Shown one piece after another: positions 40,063 through 51,003 of a DNA stretch of 64,000 nucleotides. The stretch covers positions 1 through 64,000 of the forward strand of contig OZ242260.1 of the NCBI GenBank assembly GCA_965207065.1, read 5' to 3'. Each line of letters begins with the position of its first letter. Positions within the stretch are counted from its first letter, which is position 1. The notes under the pieces were generated by a model. It had not been told where the DNA came from and ran no database searches. It was given only the letters and a program-made list of their open reading frames with translations. Both the position numbers and the translations under genes were made by a program. Source of the stretch: a bacterium (GTDB taxonomy: Bacteria > UBA8248).

Positions 40063-41796
40063 TTACCTGTGCGCCCCGAACGCCCCGATGAAGGCGGCCT
40101 CTCTCGCCGGATTGCTTTGCTGGGTAGCGTAAAAGGTTCCCGCTACTGAACCGGGAGCAGCAGGTGCATAAGTCGTCGTGATGGTCGTGGTTATGTTCGG
40201 AGCCGTTCCCGTTCGTTCCGTTTCTATGGACTTTGTGGCTCTTCTCCCAAAGAACTGGCCTTTCCAGCCGCCCCTGAAGGATTTGTCGTCCACGACGCCG
40301 ATTGACGTACCGGCAAAGAAAGGGGTGCTTATGACATTTTCAAGGGGCTGTTTCTGCAGTTCGATGCTGCCCGCCATGGACTGTCCACCGGCGACGATGT
40401 TCGTGACCGCGCCCTGGATGCTGCCGTTATTATCGCTATCAGAACCGCCTGTCGGATTCCGGAACTCGGCCGTGAGCTCGACGCTCGCCGTGAAATAGCT
40501 CGTATCTCCTCCCGCGATGTAGGCGCCGTTCGCATTTCCCCTGTATCTGGCCATCATGTCTTTGCCGTCATCCACAATTGCTTCAATGGTGTTTACTCCA
40601 TCGGTTACCACACAATTTCTGTCAGTCGTAGTCGTTCCAACCGTAGTTGCGTCACTCGCTTCAATGCCCGAGCAGAAAGTGAAAGATGCGGGGATGGGCT
40701 GGCTCCCATACGCGAATGCCGTAATCCTGGAAGCATCGAAATTGGCGCCTACCGTCAGCCAGATTCCGGCGAGCAGATAGTCGGCGTCGGGCACATCTAC
40801 TTCTTCATACCGCTGGTCGCCATCTACATCCGGATCGTCATTCACGACATTTGTTCTTGTTCTTACGTTGAGTCTCGTTTTCGTGATGTCCGTGTAGGCG
40901 TTGACGTAGGTGGCGCCGGTGGCGTTTGTCAGATCGAATCCATGGGGAAGGGGCCCCGTTCCGGTAAGGAGAGTCGTCTTGCTGTCCGATGTAATATCCT
41001 GCACGCTGACCGTACGCTGTCCGGTAACCCTGGCTGTGGCCGGGCCGGTATCCGCAGCGTATGTGGCGCATGGCGCTGTGCAAGATTCGGTATCAGCGAC
41101 ACCACCCACATCACGAGCCGTCGCGCCAACCTCGCCTACGACAATGCTACCCTCAGTGGCAGTGGTACCAGTAGTCAGGGCGGTCACATCCAACACGGCG
41201 TCGGAGAGGAGCTTGTTCGCTCTCACATGTTGAATGAGCGAGGACCCGTTCGTTGCTGCGCGCTCATCCACTTCGCGTTCCATGCGACGGTTCGCGGCCG
41301 CTTGCACAACGCCCTGAATTCTGGATATTGCCGATGCGGATGTGTTGAGAGTGACTTGAGCCTCTCTCGCGTCCGCAAGCGCCGTATTCGCCTCCGCCGG
41401 CGTAGTAGCCAGGGTTGCCGCGGTATTCGCGCTCACGATATCCGCCAGGGCTCCTTGCGCCGTATTGCTTTCGCTGTTGGCGTCCGTGATTTGAGCGGGC
41501 GTGGCGTCGGCATTGGTCCGTATCGCGGCCGCAGCCGAACTCGCCGCCCCCGCTCGTGCCCGGGCATTCGTAAGGATACTTGAAAGTTCCCGTCTCGCGT
41601 CGGCTATCCTGTCAGCATCGGTCTTTGGTGGATCCATGCAGTCCGGGTACGTCCCGATCTGACCCTGCGGGCATTCCATCACCGTCGTCATATCTTCATC
41701 CGCAGTACCGCCGCCACCACCACCGCAACCGGAGGCAAATGCCGCAATGCACACGACAAGTACCGCCAATCCTGAATATCTGAGCATTTTCATCAC
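40063..41796 (-). CDS. Surface lipoprotein 'B', TbpB/fHbp-like C-terminal barrel (copy 1)
   Basis: Lipobox-like ASGC + poly-Gly, Ala-rich helical stalk, C-terminal GGWKGQFFG...VAGTFY...FIGAFGAHR. Confidence 0.8.
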   Translation of the reverse strand: MMKMLRYSGLAVLVVCIAAFASGCGGGGGGTADEDMTTVMECPQGQIGTYPDCMDPPKTDADRIADARRELSSILTNARARAGAASSAAAAIRTNADATPAQITDANSESNTAQGALADIVSANTAATLATTPAEANTALADAREAQVTLNTSASAISRIQGVVQAAANRRMEREVDERAATNGSSLIQHVRANKLLSDAVLDVTALTTGTTATEGSIVVGEVGATARDVGGVADTESCTAPCATYAADTGPATARVTGQRTVSVQDITSDSKTTLLTGTGPLPHGFDLTNATGATYVNAYTDITKTRLNVRTRTNVVNDDPDVDGDQRYEEVDVPDADYLLAGIWLTVGANFDASRITAFAYGSQPIPASFTFCSGIEASDATTVGTTTTDRNCVVTDGVNTIEAIVDDGKDMMARYRGNANGAYIAGGDTSYFTASVELTAEFRNPTGGSDSDNNGSIQGAVTNIVAGGQSMAGSIELQKQPLENVISTPFFAGTSIGVVDDKSFRGGWKGQFFGRRATKSIETERTGTAPNITTTITTTYAPAAPGSVAGTFYATQQSNPAREAAFIGAFGAHR

Positions 41797-41886
41797 TTGC
41801 CCCCTGAGGGTTACGTCCCCTTCCGGGAAAGAAGAGGGCGGGCGGTTGAAACCAGTTTCAATTTATCGGTTGCTTTGAGAACCCCC

Positions 41887-41912
41887 GGCCCCGGGCTCAG
41901 AGAGCCCGAGGC
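41887..41912 (-). terminator. GC hairpin between lipoprotein A and B genes (identical at ~59873-59898)
   Basis: GGCCCCGGGCTC-AGAG-AGCCCGAGGCC stem-loop. Confidence 0.45.
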
Positions 41913-41930
41913 CAAAGGCGTAGTGCGCTG

Positions 41931-43748
41931 TTACTCAGCCTTCCACGTGCCGAAGGAACCGAGGATTCTGATCGGGTCGTTCACGTTGCCCGGCGCGGAA
42001 GCGCCGAAGGTGCCGGCGGCGGTCGTGGGGTATTGCGTTTGAGCCGCAGTTCCCGTCGCGCTGCTGGGACCGTAGAACTGGCCGCCCCAGTTGCCGACCA
42101 TGGTCCTGCCCGCCAGGGTGCCCGAAACAGTGGAAGAGAAACCCCCGGCGTGGGTGCCACTATCATCGCCATCGATGATATTCGCCTTCTTGAGCGTCAG
42201 CATGCCCTCAACGTCTATGCCGCCGGCCTTGATGCCTGAGACGGTGCCGGTGACGGCGCCCAGAAGGTCATCACCTTCACTATCGCTGGTATCATCATCA
42301 GAATCAGCCCCGACGGTTCCGCCGAAGTTGGCCGTCAGGCTGACGTCCGCGTCGAAGTATTCGACCATGCCGCCCGCCGAGTACAGGCCAGTCGCGACCC
42401 CGTTATACGTTGCCGAGTCCTTGAGCCTGGCATTGACAGTGAATACATCGATGCCGCTCGCGAATGCGCCTGTGGCGGCTACGTTCGCGGCTTCCGTAGC
42501 GGTCGGAACCCTTAGCCAGACGCCCCAGGCCAAGTAGTCGCCATCGGCCATGGTCATCGTGCCGGTTGCTGGCAGGAACTCGTAGCCTTGAATTGCCACG
42601 AGTTCACCATCGTCGTTGACGCTTATGGAGCACACTCCGGCGGTGGGGCAGTCGAAGAGTCCCGAAACCGGAGGCGCGTTGTCTGCGATGTTTGAATTGT
42701 ACGTTCCTTCGAAGTCGCTTCCGTCACCCGGGATATCACCAGTAACTCCCGCAGTCACGCCGGCGTCTGTTGGAAGCGCCGTAGCCGTGCCGGATGGGGT
42801 CGCATACTGCGTCACTGTTTTAGTCGGCTGAATGTCCGTGTAGACGTTGGCGTAAGTCATGCTGGTGACAGTGCCTGTGTCGGGGCTTTTTCCTACGAGC
42901 TCGGTGCCCATCCAGCCGCCGCGCATCGTGAGCGACACCGGCTCTTCGCCTCTGGTTACCGCATCCGCATTGGCAGAGTCCAGCGTCACAGTTAATCTGG
43001 GTCCGCTTGCATTGTAAGTTGCTCTTGCGCTGGCGGCTAATGCCGCGGGAGTCTCAGCTACGGTTCGGCCTTGAGAAACGCTTCCACCCGTAACCTCAGC
43101 AATATTGGGGGTGACAGTAGTAACAGTAGGAGTATTGCCTACCGTGGCTACGGCAGCAGCCGAAGCGGCTAGCGCAGTTCCCACTCTCATCGCGTTGGAA
43201 ACAGGCTTGGGAACGGCGTCGCCCGTCTTGCCTTCCAGCACGGCGTTGTTGATCATTTGCTGATTCGTGATCTTGTTCGCCAGCATGGTGATCCCCAGAC
43301 CGCGCTTCATACCGGCTTCCATCGCCATGTCGCGGTACTTCTCGGCCGCTGTCTGGTGCGTCATGGCCATTGCGGAAGTCGTGGCCATCTCCGCCGCGTC
43401 GGAAGCTTCCTTGGCCATCGCCGCGTATTTGTACGCGTTCGACATCGCCACAGGGTCCACCGCGCTTTCTACATAATCCTTGGCCTTCATATAGGCCATC
43501 ATGGCGGCTTCCTGCGCGCCGCTCAGGGCGCCTTCTTCGGCAACTTCCGCGGCAGAGGAGCACGAACCGTCCGCGTTATACCGACCGCCGTCACCCTCAC
43601 ACATTTCCTGCTGGGTCGGCATGGCGGACGTCTCTTCTTCAACGGCGGCCGTTCCGCCGCCGCCGCCGCAGCCGGCCAGCGTCAGTGCGAACACCGCCGC
43701 CAAGGCATAAGCGTAAAGCTTGCTTATCGATTTCTCTTTGAACATCAT
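41931..43748 (-). CDS. Surface lipoprotein 'A', TbpB/fHbp-like C-terminal barrel (copy 1)
   Basis: LAGC lipobox + GGGGG, Met/Ala-rich helices, C-terminal GNWGGQFYGP...AAGTF...GSFG. Confidence 0.82.
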   Translation of the reverse strand: MMFKEKSISKLYAYALAAVFALTLAGCGGGGGTAAVEEETSAMPTQQEMCEGDGGRYNADGSCSSAAEVAEEGALSGAQEAAMMAYMKAKDYVESAVDPVAMSNAYKYAAMAKEASDAAEMATTSAMAMTHQTAAEKYRDMAMEAGMKRGLGITMLANKITNQQMINNAVLEGKTGDAVPKPVSNAMRVGTALAASAAAVATVGNTPTVTTVTPNIAEVTGGSVSQGRTVAETPAALAASARATYNASGPRLTVTLDSANADAVTRGEEPVSLTMRGGWMGTELVGKSPDTGTVTSMTYANVYTDIQPTKTVTQYATPSGTATALPTDAGVTAGVTGDIPGDGSDFEGTYNSNIADNAPPVSGLFDCPTAGVCSISVNDDGELVAIQGYEFLPATGTMTMADGDYLAWGVWLRVPTATEAANVAATGAFASGIDVFTVNARLKDSATYNGVATGLYSAGGMVEYFDADVSLTANFGGTVGADSDDDTSDSEGDDLLGAVTGTVSGIKAGGIDVEGMLTLKKANIIDGDDSGTHAGGFSSTVSGTLAGRTMVGNWGGQFYGPSSATGTAAQTQYPTTAAGTFGASAPGNVNDPIRILGSFGTWKAE

Positions 43749-44317
43749 TTAGTGAGTCCTCCTGATTACATAGAAAAAGGGATTTTCCTGCGAATTTCCG
43801 GCTTTTTAGATCGAGGACTCATTTGGAATAGCATTGAATTCTTATATCTCATTGATATTTATCTTGTTATATTTTTTTTATTATGGATTGGAATCTGTGT
43901 TTCAAGGCCCGTAATCAAAAAGATAGCGGATTCATTACAAGTTCTGCGCGCCCTGTCGCGCCGGTGTCGGGCGACGGTCGCGACGAAGCGGGCCCGACGG
44001 CCAAGCGGACACGGATGATTTTTTACGAGAAAAATTCGATCTCGAGTGGCGCTCATGCGCGCCGGGCGGCCTAATCTTCCGCCAGCTTGAATGGCCCCGG
44101 AAAAAAACGGGCCGGGGCCATGGGTTTTTCGGCAACCCTTTTTGATGTAGATTCGGTTCTCGCCCGATACGGCAGAATTTCCGTCGCACTCGTTTCTCCG
44201 GAGGTAGTCCCGTTTCGAAGCGATGGGGATGTACTCCATGTTCTTGTGGCGTGGAACTCCGCAAGCAGCGTTCTGCCCCGGATTGAGACAATATAGCGGA
44301 TGTGCTATAAGTGGAAG

Positions 44318-44607
44318 ATGCAGAATGGACGGTCGAGACCGTATCCGGAGTCGATGACGAAATGGCGGCGTTGCCCGTCGGGTTGGGCGCCCGGCTGGTG
44401 CGGCTGTTGGAGATGTCGGTTTCGGGGCGCTTCGCGAACCGCACGCCAGGCACATAGAGAACCAGCTATGGGAATTGCGCGTCAGGGCGCAGGGGGGGAT
44501 CTGCGTGACGGCGGCGGGTCGTGGTTCTGCACGTTTTTGCGAAGAAGACGCGGATGACGCCGAGGCGGGCGCTGGCGGGGGAGCGTATGAAACAGGTGAC
44601 GTCATGA
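44318..44607 (+). pseudogene. HigB/Gp49-like toxin, frameshifted (copy 2)
   Basis: WTVETVSGVDDEMAALP...RLLEM, then small deletions relative to 6246-6540. Confidence 0.75.
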
Positions 44608-44888
44608 CGAAGCTCGAGGATCTGAAGAAGCGTTTCATGGAAGACCCGGAATTCCGGGAAGAGTACGAGCGGGTCGATGAGGAATTCAGGCTGCTCGAGT
44701 CGCTGGTTCGCGCCCGCAGGGAAGCGAAGCTGACGCAGGCGGAACTCGCCCGGCGTCTCGGCACCACCCAGTCGGCCATCGCGCGCCTGGAGAGCGGCGG
44801 CGTCTCGCCATCCATCAGGACCCTGCGCCGCTATGCCGAGGCGATCGGCGCGCGGTTGAGCGTCGACTTGTCGCAGGCGGGCGGTTGA
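44604..44888 (+). CDS. HigA-like XRE antitoxin (copy 2)
   Basis: 94 aa, near-identical to 6537-6821. Confidence 0.88.
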   Translation: MTKLEDLKKRFMEDPEFREEYERVDEEFRLLESLVRARREAKLTQAELARRLGTTQSAIARLESGGVSPSIRTLRRYAEAIGARLSVDLSQAGG

Positions 44889-45268
44889 GCGGAATTCCGT
44901 AGCGGTAGGGTGATTTTCGATATCGACGTCTCCTGCGGGCGACAACCTGCGGCGGCGCCTCTCCTGAAGGTGCGCACGCTTGGAATGACCCCCGCGCGGC
45001 AGTATCGCGAAGCGATGGTGTGAGGAGGACAGGACGATCCTGGCGGCGGTGGTCAATCCCGAGCGGCTCGCCGCTCTGCATAATTGGCCGCGGGCCACAT
45101 CGAGAGTGCGAAAAACCGGAAAACACAGGGCCGCCCTGACGAATCGACGGGAAAGTGGTAATAAAACCCGTCCCATTTCGACTGTCCATCAAACATGAAT
45201 TGATAAACGTCTTGGAAACGGCTAGATTTATCGTCGCCAAGTCGACCGAGAATCAAGGAGACAATCCC

Positions 45269-46075
45269 GTGAGGCTCGATGAATTCCTGGCCCGGCGCGC
45301 CGTGTTCACTGTGGAGGAGGTGGAGCGTTATCTCTCGGAGCGCGGGTCGGGAAATGCCCACACCCGCAAGTCGCTGCTGGCCTACCACCGCAGGCGCGGC
45401 CGGATCGTCCGCGTGCGCCGCGGCCTCTACGCGAGGGTTCCCCGGGGCATGGACCCCGAAACCACGCCGGTCGACCCGTACCTGGTGGCGGCCGGGGCGG
45501 CCCCGGATGCGGTGCTGGGCTACCACACGGCCCTGGAGTTTCACGGAAAGGCGTACTCGGTCCACTGGAGGCTGGTCTACGTCTCGGGGCGCAAGTCGCT
45601 TCCATTCGCGTTTCAGTCGCACGAGTACCGGCGCGCGCCGGTGCCGCCGCCGCTTGTGTCAAAAGGGGAGGAGATGTTCGGCGTCACCCGCCACGAGCGC
45701 TCCGGCGGGAAACTCCGGGTGACGGGCCACGAAAGAACCCTGGTGGACGTGCTGGACAGGCCGGACCTGGCCGGAAGCTGGGAGGAGATATGGCGGTCGC
45801 TGGAGTCGGTGGAGTTCTTCGACCTGGAGCAGGTCGTCGAGTACGCCCGCCTGCTCGGGAATGCGACCACGGCGGCGAAGGTGGGTTTTTTCCTCGACCG
45901 GCGCAGGGAGTCCCTGATGGTGGAAGAGGCCCATCTCGAATCCCTGCGCAGGCTGCGTCCCCGCCGGCCCCACCACATGACGCGGGGCAGGCCCCGGGGC
46001 TGCCGGCTGGTGAAGGACTGGAACCTGATGGTCCCGGATGAAATCCTGGAGCGCTCCTGGGGAGAGGCGTCGTGA
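45269..46075 (+). CDS. AbiEi-family type IV TA antitoxin / regulator
   Basis: RVRRGLY, VLGYHTALEFHG, RVTGHERTLVDVLDRP. Confidence 0.85.
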   Translation: MRLDEFLARRAVFTVEEVERYLSERGSGNAHTRKSLLAYHRRRGRIVRVRRGLYARVPRGMDPETTPVDPYLVAAGAAPDAVLGYHTALEFHGKAYSVHWRLVYVSGRKSLPFAFQSHEYRRAPVPPPLVSKGEEMFGVTRHERSGGKLRVTGHERTLVDVLDRPDLAGSWEEIWRSLESVEFFDLEQVVEYARLLGNATTAAKVGFFLDRRRESLMVEEAHLESLRRLRPRRPHHMTRGRPRGCRLVKDWNLMVPDEILERSWGEAS

Positions 46076-47046
46076 GATTCTCCGCCCCGGATATCCTTCC
46101 CGCGGCCGGGGCCAACGGATTCAACGCGGAGGTCGTCGAGAAGGTATTGCACCTGATGCGTCTTTTGAACGCCCTGAACGCGCATCCCTACCTGAAGGGG
46201 AAATGGGTTCTGAAGGGCGGCACGGCCCTGAACCTGTTCGTTCTCCGCCACCCCCGGCTGTCGGTGGACATCGATCTCAACTACGTGGGCGCGCTGGAGC
46301 GCGGGAAAATGCTCGCGGCCCGGTCGAAAATGGATCAGGCGGCCGAGGCGGTCTTCTCCCGTGAGGGCTTCACGGTCCGCAGGAAGCTGGGCGAACACGC
46401 CGGCGGGAAGTGGCGGTTGAACTATCAGAGCTACACCGGGCGCTCGGGCAGCCTCGAAGTGGACGTGAATTTCATGTTCAGGCAACCGCTATGGGATATC
46501 CGCCATGCCGATTCGCATCCGCTCGGGGGTTTCAGGGCCGAAGGCGTTCCCCTTCTCGACCTGCACGAACTCGTGGCCGGCAAGCTCTCGGCGCTGTTTT
46601 CCCGCAGGCAGGCGAGAGACCTCTTCGATTGCCATCGCATACTCGATTCGGACCGACTCGATCACGAGCGGCTCCGGATCGCCTTTGTCGTCTACGGGGC
46701 GATGAACCGAAAGGACTGGCGGACCATCTCGATCGAAGACGTGGACTATGACGAGTCGGAGCTGGCCCGGCTGCTCACTCCCACTCTCCGGGTCCGCCGG
46801 CCGCCGGCGCAGGAGGAGACGCTCGCGGAATACGGGGCGCGACTGCTGGAGGAGTCCCGGAGAAGCCTCGCCTCGCTGTTGCCGTTCACCGAAGCCGAGC
46901 AGGCGTTCCTCGACCTCCTGTTGGACGAAGGGGAAATCGACGCGACGTACCTGACCTCCGATACATCCCTGCAGGAACGTATCCGGGTCCAGCCGCTTCT
47001 CGAGTGGAAGGCCATCAACGTGCGTCGCCACAAGGGGTCGTCCTGA
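46072..47046 (+). CDS. AbiEii-family nucleotidyltransferase toxin
   Basis: LKGGTALNLF...RLSVDIDLNY, KLSALFSRRQARDLFD. GTGA overlap. Confidence 0.9.
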   Translation: MRFSAPDILPAAGANGFNAEVVEKVLHLMRLLNALNAHPYLKGKWVLKGGTALNLFVLRHPRLSVDIDLNYVGALERGKMLAARSKMDQAAEAVFSREGFTVRRKLGEHAGGKWRLNYQSYTGRSGSLEVDVNFMFRQPLWDIRHADSHPLGGFRAEGVPLLDLHELVAGKLSALFSRRQARDLFDCHRILDSDRLDHERLRIAFVVYGAMNRKDWRTISIEDVDYDESELARLLTPTLRVRRPPAQEETLAEYGARLLEESRRSLASLLPFTEAEQAFLDLLLDEGEIDATYLTSDTSLQERIRVQPLLEWKAINVRRHKGSS

Positions 47047-47171
47047 AATGCAAGCAGCCCATGAACCGGGGAGCGAACGAATCTGAAATTCCATTTGCGC
47101 CCCTGCGGCGCCCGTTGCGCTTCGGTAATTACGGGCGCTGATGGGGTTTTCCCGGAACTCCTCGCGACGCG

Positions 47172-47903
47172 CTATCCGCCGGATTGTTCCCTGTGTTTTT
47201 CGATGGCGGCGAGCGCTTGTTCGCAATCTTCCGGGTCTTCCACGCGGCGCGCGGTATCGGCGGCGGCTTCGATCTGTCCGGCCTCGGCCTGCGCGACGGC
47301 GACGTCGCGGTACGCCCAGGAGCGGTAGAGCGGCTTGCCGATGCCGCCGGCCACAACGAGGGCGGCGGGGAAATCGCCCGCCTTCGCCCGGGCCGAGGCG
47401 ATTTCCTGCAGGGCCCAGGAGCGCCAGGAGGGGTCGCCGATCTCGCGAGCCGCCCGGACGGCGGCCGTGAATTCCCCCGCCCCGGCCAGGGACATGGCGT
47501 TTCGCCACGCCTTTTCGGAAACGCTCTTTTCGTCCCGGATCTCCTCGACGGCCTTCAGGGCGGCGTTCAGCGCATGGGAGGCGATGGCGGCGGCGGGACC
47601 GCTCCGGACGGCGGAGAAATGTTTGAGCGCCTCCCCCCGGTCCTCGGCGTCCTCGATGCGGCGAATCGTCTCTATGGCTTCGCTGATCTGCCCCGCCCGC
47701 GCCTGTTCGCAGGCGCGGGTGCTCCGTTGAATGGAGCGGCCGGTGATTTCGCCGAGAACCCGGGCGTTTGCGGCATCGGGCGAAAGCCCGCTCGCATCGT
47801 GCGTCTCCTCCGCGCCGCCGGGCGGGAGAGACGCCCGAGGGGGCTCCCCGGCTTCGCGCCGGGTCCCGAGCAACCGCCTGAAACTCCCCCAAATGCTTCT
47901 CAT
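47172..47903 (-). CDS. TPR/HEAT-like repeat protein (copy 2, 243 aa)
   Basis: Paralog of 10259-11089, lacking exactly one 33-aa repeat. Confidence 0.8.
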   Translation of the reverse strand: MRSIWGSFRRLLGTRREAGEPPRASLPPGGAEETHDASGLSPDAANARVLGEITGRSIQRSTRACEQARAGQISEAIETIRRIEDAEDRGEALKHFSAVRSGPAAAIASHALNAALKAVEEIRDEKSVSEKAWRNAMSLAGAGEFTAAVRAAREIGDPSWRSWALQEIASARAKAGDFPAALVVAGGIGKPLYRSWAYRDVAVAQAEAGQIEAAADTARRVEDPEDCEQALAAIEKHREQSGG

Positions 47904-48199
47904 CGGCTCCTCGCCCCTCCCGTCGGGCAGCGCTCGTCTCGACCCCGTATCGTCTTTCCAGGGGATTGACGCGGTGCGTGTTGCAAAATGTCATCTTTAA
48001 CGAGGAGTATCTTCGCATTCGTCTTGTTTTGCAAAAGGTTGTGAGCCTCGAGAAGGAGCGATCGGATTTTCACCGCGTTACCGGCGGGAAAACGCAGAAG
48101 ATGAAAGGGAAACAGACCCGGCGCCTGGGACTTCGTTTTGACGTTCCTTTCGGTTGGCCGCCGGCGCATGGCCGCGATTGCGGGGTCTTCCCCGTGGGC

Positions 48200-48510
48200 T
48201 GCGGGCGCCGTTCGTCCTTGAGGCGCCAGAACACGTCCGTTACCCAGAGCGGAGAGCACATCCTGACGAGATCCCAGGGCGTTTCATCGTTTTCGTCTCT
48301 CGCCGCCGGGTCGGCACCCGCCTGCGCCAGGGCCGTCAGGACGCCGGGGGTCTTGCCGAACGCCGCCTTGTGAAGAGGCGTCCATCCCCGTTCGTCACGC
48401 GCGTTGACGCCGGCTCCCTTCCGCAGACGGCGCAAGGCGTCGCTGCGCCTGCGCGCTCGAAGAATTCCCTCGTGTTCCAGGAATCATGGGAACATCCGGT
48501 CGTCATGACC
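48200..48510 (-). pseudogene. Ankyrin-repeat protein (copy 2), frameshifted near the start
   Basis: SWNTREFFERAGAA / frameshift / VNARDERGWTPLHKAAFGKTPG...ARDENDETPW. Confidence 0.75.
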
Positions 48511-48967
48511 ATCTCTCCTGTTTCGTTGCGGGTCATCCGGGGCGGGACGTCCTCGGGGGGGAAAAGCGATTCCAGCACGAAAATCGCGCGCGAAACCCTT
48601 TCGGCGCACCTCGCCGAATCCCGCTTTGAGCGAACTGCATACGGATTCAGCGCGTGAAGAGCGTCCCGACGCCACGCCAAAGTTCAGGTCCGTGCCCATA
48701 CCTTTATATATAACCAAGGCAGCCCGAACCGCGCGGCGGGATAACTCTCGCAGACCGTCGGCCCGAATCAGGCTGGCTAATGGCGGCGACTCACGCAAAA
48801 CCGCACCGAATCGGGAGCGTCGACTCCTCTCCACCCAGGGACGGACGAAGCGTCGACCGGACCCACGCCTCGAGGGGAAAAATCTTTTCCGTGGGGTCCC
48901 CGTCGCATCCGGCTATCCGCCGCCGTTGCCGGGTGTAGTCTGGTGATGGCATGATCATCCCATTTCC

Positions 48968-49032
48968 GTGCAAATCACCATCAGAGGCATTCCCGAGGAA
49001 GTGCGGGACGAGCTTGCCGCGCGCGCGGCGTT
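48968..49032 (+). pseudogene. FitA/VapB-like RHH antitoxin N-terminal relic
   Basis: QITIRGIPEEVRDELAARAA. Confidence 0.6.
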
Positions 49033-49635
49033 CAGGATTCGTCCGGCTGCACGGGTCAGGCCCAGGTATCTGCCGCCGGTTCCGCTTCCCACCACGAACA
49101 GGGTCGGGTTCGCAATCCAGGTGCGCAACTGCCCGCCGCCGCCGCTCGCGACCTGCCGCAGGTAGGCGAGAACCTCCGCCTCAGGTGTCCCGTCGCGCAA
49201 CACGCCCCGGGAGAGAGCGACCCCGCCCCGCGCGCCCGCCGACTCGAGCGCCCGGCGCGGCGGCGCGACGTCGGCCCCCACGTGGAGGGTCGAACCGAAC
49301 GTCATGACCGGGGCGAGGTCGTGGTAGATCGACGCGTCCAGGTAGGGTTCGTAGCGGATGCCCGGGGGAAAGGCCGGGTCGACCCACAGGTGGGAGGGAA
49401 CGCCGGCCTCATCGCGGTTTTCGGGAAGCAGGGTGGCGTGCACCTCATCCTCCGTCCAGGGGACGTAGGCGGAGGGTGGGAGCGCGGCGCCGGGTTCGAC
49501 CAGCGGGGGCGGCCCCCCGCTCATCTCGGGGGGCGGAGCCCCGCTTCCCCCGCCGCAGGCGGCGAGGATGAAAAGAACGACCAGGACTCCCGCCGGGCGC
49601 GCAACGAAAAACCCGCGCCGCTTCATCTTGTGCAT
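49033..49635 (-). pseudogene. Truncated lipoprotein
   Basis: MKRRGFF...ILAACGGGSG lipobox with Pro-rich linker. The frame runs into the antitoxin relic. Confidence 0.55.
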
Positions 49636-49734
49636 CGCTCCGATCACGGCTCCTCCTCCCTCTCGCGTCCCACGCTTGCACCGCAGATTCAGGGGACAAT
49701 ATACCACGGGCGGGATTTTGCCGTTATCACTCCG

Positions 49735-50086
49735 TATACGCGCGCCAGCGCCCCACGGTCTTGTGCCGGACGACCGCTCCCGCCGCTGCGCACACCGACG
49801 AAGCCCTCCACCGCAACCACGTCGAGAACGGCTACCAGCCGCCTGTGCTTCGTTTGCAGTTCGCCGACCTCTTCGGCCAGTCTGGGAAACAATTCACCTT
49901 GAAACCGCTTCCAGATGTCGGTTCAACTCGATACTAGGGACATGGGGCGCTCCCTCCGCTTTCGGATGTTGTAGGGCTCATAACCACAACATGGTAGGGA
50001 ACGCCCCCTTGTCCACTTTAATCCCTCCAAGCCTCACTCAACCTTGCAACTTATCCCCTACTCCAATGGGGTTTTGCAAGAGGCTC
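49735..50086 (-). mobile_element. IS (IS1182/IS5-like) left end and transposase 5' relic
   Basis: End GAGCCTCTTGCAAAA; WKRFQGELFPRLAEEVGEL...GRPAQDRGALAR. Confidence 0.6.
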
Positions 50087-50156
50087 AATACTTATATACT
50101 TCTGGATGGCCCATATTCGGTACGTTTTCATGCGTACTTTCACGGCGGAGAAGAGA

Positions 50157-51001
50157 ATGTCGGAAGGAACTAGGAAAAATCCTGTTGTAGTGTCGATAAT
50201 CAACCTTAAAGGCGGCGTTGGAAAAACAACTGTTGCGGCTCTCTTGGCGAGATACGCTGCGCGTATGAATTTGAACGTGTTGGCGGTGGATTTGGATCCG
50301 CAAGCGAACCTGGGTCAGGCGCTCATGAGTGAAAACGATTACAAGCAGTTTATGGATAACGAAGAGCCTTCTATCGTGGAGCTTTTTAACGGTTATCGAG
50401 CACCGTCTCGTGAGCGATCAACTCCCGAGCCCTTGGGTCAAGTCAGAAAAAAAGTGGGGTACACAGAAAATTTGCATCTTATTCCGTCGAGATTTGATTC
50501 TCTGACAATCTGATTTCTTCTATCCGTGTCGATGAGCGAACTCTAGCTAAGTATATCGCCTATAATGAAATAGAAAAGGATATCGTGTTGATTGATTGCG
50601 CTCCGACTGAATCGATACTTACTAGGACGGCTTATCATGCATCACGGTATATTCTGGTTCCGGTGCGCTTGGAGTTTTTCTCCACAATCGGTTTTCCTTT
50701 GTTGAGAAAATCTTTAGATAAGTTCACGTCAGATCATTCCAGCCACGTCATAGAAGTGTGCGGTGTTCTTCTCAATGAACCACCTCGTGGGGTGGAGCGA
50801 TATGAAGCACGGAAAGAGATTCGTGAACAAGCTAAAGAGTACGGATGGCCTATTATGGATAATGAGATGTCCTATTCTACTGGATACCCTAAATTCATGA
50901 GAAGTGAATATGCTCCTTGGCCAGGTGATGCCCCGGAGGAATTCTCAAAAATTGCGGATGAGTTCCTGGAAATGATAGGCTTATCGCCACAGGGGAAGTA
51001 G
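50157..51001 (+). pseudogene. ParA/Soj-family ATPase with a single frameshift (~50498)
   Basis: NLKGGVGKTT and VDLDPQANL, then frame change at LIPSRFD/SDNL, continuing LIDCAPT. Confidence 0.8.
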
Positions 51002-51003
51002 GT

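Noticed and set aside
43750-43930. Fur box or phase-variable poly-T tract upstream of lipoprotein A
   Set aside because: No convincing 19-bp Fur palindrome; the T8 run is short and absent from the second copy.
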